Positions 32,780-36,726 of a DNA stretch of 36,726 nucleotides are shown one piece after another (positions within the stretch are counted from its first letter, which is position 1; each line of letters starts with the position of its first letter). Origin of the DNA: a virus. The notes under the pieces were generated by a model. That model was not told the DNA's origin and did not search any database. It saw only the letters and a list, made by a program, of their open reading frames with translations. The stretch lies in the IMG/VR virus record IMGVR_UViG_3300045988_058662, one strand, 5' to 3'. The position numbers and the translations under genes are program-made.

Positions 32780-33058
32780 ATGCTGAGTTTTGCTTCTTTC
32801 CGTATTCTTGTTTACGCTTATTTTCATCGGGGCTTCGGCGTATCCGATGTTGACCGTATCGTGGGCAGAAAGTTCACACAGGGCTGTATAAACCAGTTGT
32901 ATAACAAGAACTTGATATCCGTCAGGTACATCGCCGAAGGCCGTAACGGGCTTTTATTGCTCATAACGCAAGACGGTCGCGGTTTCCTGCAAAAATCACT
33001 TGTCGGTGCGCTGGTTACAGCAGCTTCTCTATCGCTTGCAGTATTAGCCCTAATATGA
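32780..33058 (+). CDS. Plus-strand moron-like gene: winged-helix-like N-terminus with a C-terminal TM anchor (92 aa)
   Basis: It has its own extended -10 and an AAGGGG RBS. NKNLISVRYIAEGRNGLLLLITQDGRGFLQ looks like a wHTH wing. The C-terminus LVGALVTAASLSLAVLALI is hydrophobic. The 3' end overlaps a minus-strand ORF. Confidence 0.45.
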   Translation: MLSFASFRILVYAYFHRGFGVSDVDRIVGRKFTQGCINQLYNKNLISVRYIAEGRNGLLLLITQDGRGFLQKSLVGALVTAASLSLAVLALI

Positions 33059-33179
33059 CGAGCGCTCCGAGCACGAATATTTGTGTTTGCGTCCGCCTGA
33101 CCTCTTCATAAATGCTTAGCAGTTTCTTGTCTGAGTTCTGCTCGTCCCATTTGCACGTCCACTTGTCTCTAAACATCAT
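33015..33179 (-). CDS. Possible 54-aa membrane protein below the ORF-track cutoff
   Basis: RBS GGAGGTGAGCGGC precedes ATGATG. Sequence is MMFRDKWTCKWDEQNSDKKLLSIYEEVRRTQTQIFVLGALVILGLILQAIEKLL. Confidence 0.4.
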   Translation of the reverse strand: MMFRDKWTCKWDEQNSDKKLLSIYEEVRRTQTQIFVLGALVILGLILQAIEKLL

Positions 33180-33213
33180 GCCGCTCACCTCCTATGCGGT
33201 TTGTTCGTTCACT

Positions 33214-33230
33214 CTTACGTTTTGCGTAAG
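33214..33230. promoter_or_regulatory. Operator-like palindrome CTTACGTTTTGCGTAAG (distal copy)
   Basis: Six-bp inverted arms CTTACG/CGTAAG with a 5-bp spacer. Near-identical to 33461..33477. It directly abuts the cro-like stop codon. Confidence 0.55.
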
Positions 33231-33443
33231 TTAGTTTGCAAAAAAAATGTCCGTTGCTTCTTGTTTGCTGTCACATACGCATTCGGCAATTTTGACCATC
33301 ACATCATACGGTATTTTACTCGGTATCGATAGGTATTTCGCCAGAGTATTTCGGTCTATCCCCAGCGTATTCGCTAATGATGATATCGTATAATTTTTTT
33401 CGGTCATTTTCCCCCTAAGTTTGGGCACATTGATTTCGTACAA
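33231..33443 (-). CDS. Cro-like HTH regulator
   Basis: YTISSLANTLGIDRNTLAKYLS. Divergent from the cI-like gene. TTG start with RBS GGAGGCGGAAAGG. Confidence 0.8.
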   Translation of the reverse strand: MYEINVPKLRGKMTEKNYTISSLANTLGIDRNTLAKYLSIPSKIPYDVMVKIAECVCDSKQEATDIFFAN

Positions 33444-33460
33444 CCTTTCCGCCTCCGTTT

Positions 33461-33477
33461 CTTACGTATTGCGTAAG
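33461..33477. promoter_or_regulatory. Operator-like palindrome CTTACGTATTGCGTAAG (promoter-proximal copy)
   Basis: It lies 4 nt downstream of the candidate early -10 hexamer. Confidence 0.55.
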
Positions 33478-33480
33478 TTT

Positions 33481-33509
33481 ATAATAGCCTTGTCGCGCCC
33501 AAAAGTCAA
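33481..33509 (-). promoter_or_regulatory. Candidate early (PR-like) promoter: TTGACT, 17 nt, TATTAT
   Basis: Minus strand reads TTGACTTTTGGGCGCGACAAGGCTATTAT. It points into the cro-like gene. Confidence 0.5.
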
Positions 33510-33550
33510 TACGTGGCGCGAAAGTTTTTTTGCGTTTTGAGTAATTTTTA

Positions 33551-33579
33551 TTGCATTTCAAAATAAAGAAGTGTATTAT
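33551..33579 (+). promoter_or_regulatory. Candidate repressor promoter: TTGCAT, 17 nt, TATTAT
   Basis: Plus strand reads TTGCATTTCAAAATAAAGAAGTGTATTAT, 24 nt before the cI-like ATG. A CTTACG half-site lies at 33583-33588. Confidence 0.5.
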
Positions 33580-33602
33580 AGGCTTACGAGGAGGATAACA
33601 AA

Positions 33603-33920
33603 ATGATTTTAGAAGAGAGAATGAGGGATCGCAGGAAAGAATTGGATTTAACCCTCGCCGATATTGCAAAGGCAGTTGGTGTCTCAGAGGCCACCGTGCA
33701 GCGATGGGAAAGCGGCAAGATTAAGAATTTGAGGTATGAACGTATTCCCGCCCTTGCAGTCGCTTTGCATACTACGCCGGCCTATCTAATGGGCTGGGAA
33801 GATATCCCGGAAGAAACCACCTCCAGTAAAGCTATGCTAAAGGCGGTCGTTGACGGCATGACCGAAGAACAAGCCGCTCTGTTTCTGGCGACTTGGCAAG
33901 CAGCAAAAATGCCAAAGTGA
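33603..33920 (+). CDS. cI-like XRE-family repressor (105 aa, no S24 peptidase domain)
   Basis: LTLADIAKAVGVSEATVQRWESGKIKNL. RBS is GAGGAGGA. Confidence 0.85.
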   Translation: MILEERMRDRRKELDLTLADIAKAVGVSEATVQRWESGKIKNLRYERIPALAVALHTTPAYLMGWEDIPEETTSSKAMLKAVVDGMTEEQAALFLATWQAAKMPK

Positions 33921-33975
33921 TTTCCTCTATCGTCATTCCATCTATGATTTCCTTTAATTCTTCTTTTTTCGTCAT
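33832..33975 (-). CDS. Possible 47-aa ORF antisense to the cI 3' end
   Basis: Strong RBS GGAGGTGGAAACAA before the ATG, and an upstream extended -10 (TGCTATCAT, 34009-34017). Only the first 19 codons lie outside cI. Confidence 0.25.
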   Translation of the reverse strand: MTKKEELKEIIDGMTIEEITLAFLLLAKSPETERLVLRSCRQRPPLA

Positions 33976-34281
33976 TTGTTTCCACCTCCAAACATTTGTT
34001 CTGTTTTGATGATAGCATTTTTCGTATAAAAGAAAAGGGGTGATTTTATTGAAAGTACTATAAACGGGACTGCGCTCAACGATGTTGCACAAATCGTGCC
34101 TCGGATTTGCCTTTAACCGGCAGAGGGAGCGGGAGCCGCTCACCTCCGCCTCGGCCAGAACGGCGGAGAAGCTTCGCGGGAGCCGCCCCGGCCTGAATTA
34201 AGCATATCTCCTTCCCTTGGTTTTTTAAAGCCACAAATAGTATCCTTTCAGGGTAAAAATTGTTTAAACGGGGGTAAAATA

Positions 34282-34794
34282 ATGGACTTTGAGCGATTAC
34301 AGGAACTTGTGCGGCAATCCGGCAAGACACAGCAGGAGATCGCGGACGAATGCGGGCTGTCGCTCGCTACTGTCAAGAAGGTGCTTCACGGACAAACATC
34401 AAATCCAGGCGTAGATACGCTGATAAGGATATTAAATACTATTGGCAAAAGTCTGCGGGATATAGATTCTGACTTTGCGGGAGTTCCGCAAGGATATAGT
34501 AAAGAGGATTTATACGAAGAACTTATCGCCATTAACAAGGAGCGTATAAACAATCTGGTAGCCGAAGGGCGGCGTAAAAACATTCAATTGTCCCTGTTGT
34601 CAGGTGTTTCCGTATTATTGATGGTGGTTTTAAGCGGAATATTTATCATAGATAGCAGATATCCGAGCATGGGGCTGATACGCCCCGAAACTAAGCATTT
34701 ATCGACAATAGCAGGGGGTATAATGCTGGTTTTCGTGATATTCGCAGGCTATCTCATATACATCAGCATAAAAGAATGGGAAAGGTTAAAGTAG
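34282..34794 (+). CDS. Membrane-anchored XRE-family HTH protein (170 aa)
   Basis: N-terminal KTQQEIADECGLSLATVKKVLHGQTSNP. Two C-terminal TM helices (LLSGVSVLLMVVLSGIFII and IAGGIMLVFVIFAGYLIYI). Confidence 0.8.
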   Translation: MDFERLQELVRQSGKTQQEIADECGLSLATVKKVLHGQTSNPGVDTLIRILNTIGKSLRDIDSDFAGVPQGYSKEDLYEELIAINKERINNLVAEGRRKNIQLSLLSGVSVLLMVVLSGIFIIDSRYPSMGLIRPETKHLSTIAGGIMLVFVIFAGYLIYISIKEWERLK

Positions 34795-34807
34795 GAGGGT
34801 GTGGTCA

Positions 34808-35443
34808 ATGGGTATGATACATCAGTGCTCTCAGTGTGGGAAAAAGGGGTTGTTCTTGCCGCTCAACAACCTTGGGCACTGTGAGGAATGTATAAAAAAG
34901 AATAAGGCGGAACGAGACGAGCTCAAGGCAGAGCAGGATGAGTGCGAAGCGAAACAGATCAAATGCGAGGCGGCGCAGGACGTGCCGCTCATCGCCGAAA
35001 CGGAAATTACAGACGACGAGGCAGAGAAAAAGGAGGAAGTTGAAAATATGGAAAATACCGGTGTTCGCAAACCGAATGTATCTGAAAAGGACTGGCTTAC
35101 TACGCTGCTTTTATGTATATTCCTGGGTGGCTTGGGTATACATCGGTTTTACGTCAACAAGCCGCTCACGGCTGTTCTTTGGTTGCTGACTGCCGGCTGC
35201 TTTGGTGTTGGTGTTATCATAGATATATGCAGTATAGCCAGCGGCAGTTTTACGGACGGCGATGGGGCTGTGATCCTCTCAGAAAAGCAGCGGGACAGGG
35301 CACACGGCTCTGGTGTGCAGGACGCGTCGCCCGTTGATGCCGTCGAGCAGCTCCGCAAGCTGGGCGAATTGCGGGATAGTGGTATCCTGAGTGATGAGGA
35401 GTTTGCGGCGAAGAAGTCCGTATTGCTCGGCAAGATAAAATAA
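34808..35443 (+). CDS. Zn-ribbon, acidic linker, TM2 domain and SHOCT domain membrane protein
   Basis: CSQCG...CEEC. TM2 signature FLGGLGIHRFYVNKPLTAVLWLLT...IIDICSI. C-terminal SHOCT sequence VEQLRKLGELRDSGILSDEEFAAKKSVLLGKI. The ATG at 34808 lies 8 nt after AGGAGGG. Confidence 0.85.
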   Translation: MGMIHQCSQCGKKGLFLPLNNLGHCEECIKKNKAERDELKAEQDECEAKQIKCEAAQDVPLIAETEITDDEAEKKEEVENMENTGVRKPNVSEKDWLTTLLLCIFLGGLGIHRFYVNKPLTAVLWLLTAGCFGVGVIIDICSIASGSFTDGDGAVILSEKQRDRAHGSGVQDASPVDAVEQLRKLGELRDSGILSDEEFAAKKSVLLGKIK

Positions 35444-35446
35444 AAA

Positions 35447-35479
35447 ATCCCCCGGCTGTTGGCGCAGCGCAAGGGGGAT
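35447..35479. terminator. GC hairpin between the TM2/SHOCT gene and int, with the U-tract only on the minus strand
   Basis: ATCCCCC...GGGGGAT (7 bp) with an inner GCTG/CAGC pairing. AAAATAAAAAA precedes it on the plus strand, which gives a T-run after the hairpin on the minus strand. Confidence 0.45.
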
Positions 35480-35533
35480 CAGAGGTGGGTGCTTCTCCGC
35501 CTCCGATTTTAGCATAATGGGAGGTTTTTGTAA

Positions 35534-36646
35534 ATGGCAAGGCAAAGCGACGGGCGGTATAGGGCTAAAGTAACCGTCGGCAAGGATATGAATGGCGGCA
35601 GCGTGATAAAATATGTATCCGGGCGCACAAAGAAGGAGCTGGAAGCCGCGAAGGAGGCTATCCGGCAGGAATATATCACCGGCAGGAATACGCCGGAAAA
35701 CGCCATGTTCGGGGCATACGCCATTCAATGGTATAACACATACAAAAAGCCGAATATAGGAGCATCGGCGCAGAGCAGTTATAGGACCGCGCTGAACGTG
35801 CATATACTCCCCATTCTGGGGAACAAGCGATTGACGGCAATATCCGCAATGGACTTGCAGGAGCTTATCAACTCAAAGGCGGATACCTGCGCAACGATAA
35901 TTAAGAATGTACATCATGTTCTGAAAAGTATATTTAAGCGGGCATATATGGAAGGGATAATCCCCCGCGATATAACCGTAGGATTAGAAAAACCGTCCAA
36001 GGCCAAAAAGAGCCGCCGCGCCCTGACAGAGGCGGAAGAGGCCGCCGCGAAGGTGCTGATGCAGGAGGAAAACGGCCTGCTGGTGGCGCTGCTTTATTAT
36101 ACCGGCATGAGGCTCGGCGAAGCCCTCGGCCTGCAATGGGAGTGCGTGGATTTCAAAAAGAAGGTCATACACGTCCGGCAGCAGGTCAATTTAGGGCTGG
36201 GCAAAATCACGCCGCCGAAAACGAAGGAGAGCATAAGGGATATACCCCTGCCTGACGAGCTGGCAGAGATGCTTGTGCGGGGATTCCCACAGGCGTTTGT
36301 TTTTCCGTCTCCGAGTGGATCATATTATAGGAACACACCCGTTAATCGGCTATGGATAGATTTAATGCGGCGTATAATCGAAATAGACCCGACAATTGAG
36401 ACGCGGGGAAACGGCGCCTCTGTCCTCACACCGCACTACTTCCGGCACAATTACGCCTCCATACTCTATAATGCCGGCGTTGACGTGCTTTCCGCGCAGA
36501 AATTTCTCGGCCATGCCAACGCAAAGGTAACGCTTGAAATTTATTCACACCTTTCAAGGGAGAAAGAGGACGCAAGCGCGGAAACCGTCAGAAGCGTTTT
36601 TCAAAAAAGGTTGCCAGAAAGTTGCCAGAGCAAAACCACAAAATGA
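35534..36646 (+). CDS. int: Tyrosine recombinase / phage integrase
   Basis: TGMRLGEALGL (Arg), HYFRHNYAS (H-x-x-R) and LGHANAKVTLEIYSH (catalytic Tyr region). RBS is GGGAGG. The last 19 nt lie inside the terminal repeat. Confidence 0.92.
   Translation: MARQSDGRYRAKVTVGKDMNGGSVIKYVSGRTKKELEAAKEAIRQEYITGRNTPENAMFGAYAIQWYNTYKKPNIGASAQSSYRTALNVHILPILGNKRLTAISAMDLQELINSKADTCATIIKNVHHVLKSIFKRAYMEGIIPRDITVGLEKPSKAKKSRRALTEAEEAAAKVLMQEENGLLVALLYYTGMRLGEALGLQWECVDFKKKVIHVRQQVNLGLGKITPPKTKESIRDIPLPDELAEMLVRGFPQAFVFPSPSGSYYRNTPVNRLWIDLMRRIIEIDPTIETRGNGASVLTPHYFRHNYASILYNAGVDVLSAQKFLGHANAKVTLEIYSHLSREKEDASAETVRSVFQKRLPESCQSKTTK
36605..36628. repeat. Tandem GTTGCCAG pair (AAAAGGTTGCCAGAAAGTTGCCAG), partner of 198..221
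   Basis: It lies inside the integrase 3' end, encoding KRLPESCQ. Confidence 0.85.
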
Positions 36647-36726
36647 GCGCAAGCAATCAAAAAAGCCCTAAATACCTAAGAAAAACGCCCGTGCAACACG
36701 AGCGTTTTTGATGTTTGGTATCCGGC
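36628..36726. repeat. Terminal direct repeat, right copy (identical to 1..99)
   Basis: Checked base by base. Confidence 0.97.

Noticed and set aside
34076-34330. 84-aa minus-strand ORF upstream of the membrane-anchored XRE gene.
   Set aside because: It is Arg/Pro/Gly-rich, has no RBS, and overlaps the start of the plus-strand gene.
35447-35479. Rho-independent terminator for the plus-strand TM2/SHOCT gene.
   Set aside because: The U-tract is on the wrong side for plus-strand termination. I kept it only as an orientation-ambiguous hairpin that may block antisense transcription entering from the int side.
1-36726. A CRISPR array or other short tandem spacer-repeat structure.
   Set aside because: No regularly spaced 25-40-nt direct repeats were seen. 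The only periodic DNA is the coding collagen region.

Overview
The window looks like a complete, circularly closed temperate siphovirus-type phage genome. Its first 99 bases are repeated exactly as its last 99, so the unique length is about 36,627 bp. It is GC-rich and has Firmicutes/Clostridia-style signals: AGGAGG ribosome-binding sites, a sortase sorting signal, and a holin plus NlpC/P60 lysin. About 60 genes are supportable, and all except the lysogeny module lie on the minus strand.

Minus-strand order, reading right to left:
- A cro-like gene and the genetic switch.
- Early and replication genes: an Xis/MerR-like HTH protein, two stand-alone paralogs of a tail receptor-binding-type domain flanking an HNH cassette, a DNA methyltransferase, a Phg_2220_C-type protein, a HUH Rep-like initiator, a VRR-NUC nuclease, two MazG-like enzymes, three DUF551-like proteins and a lipoprotein.
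- An ArpU/RinA-like late regulator.
- The packaging and head module: HNH, P27-type TerS, TerL, portal, ClpP-like protease and HK97-type capsid.
- Neck proteins, the major tail protein, the G/GT chaperone with a canonical A_AAA_AAC -1 frameshift, and the tape measure protein.
- A Dit-like protein, a Tal-like protein, a collagen-like fibre and a LamG fibre.
- An LPXTG-type surface protein, the endolysin and the holin.
- A five-gene accessory cluster of unknown function.

The plus strand carries a short cI-like repressor, a membrane-anchored XRE protein, a Zn-ribbon/TM2/SHOCT membrane protein and a tyrosine integrase.

The items most worth follow-up are:
- The two-gene membrane cassette between cI and int, a candidate exclusion or abortive-infection module.
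- The four-fold reuse of one roughly 200-aa domain (signature WWLSS...GVVPAF) in two tail proteins and two cytoplasmic early proteins.
- A roughly 300-nt non-coding, highly self-complementary segment at 32093-32401.
- A HUH-Rep gene beside a hairpin-rich candidate origin.
- The Cys-rich accessory cluster after the lysis genes.

All family names come from motif recognition by eye. No database search was run.
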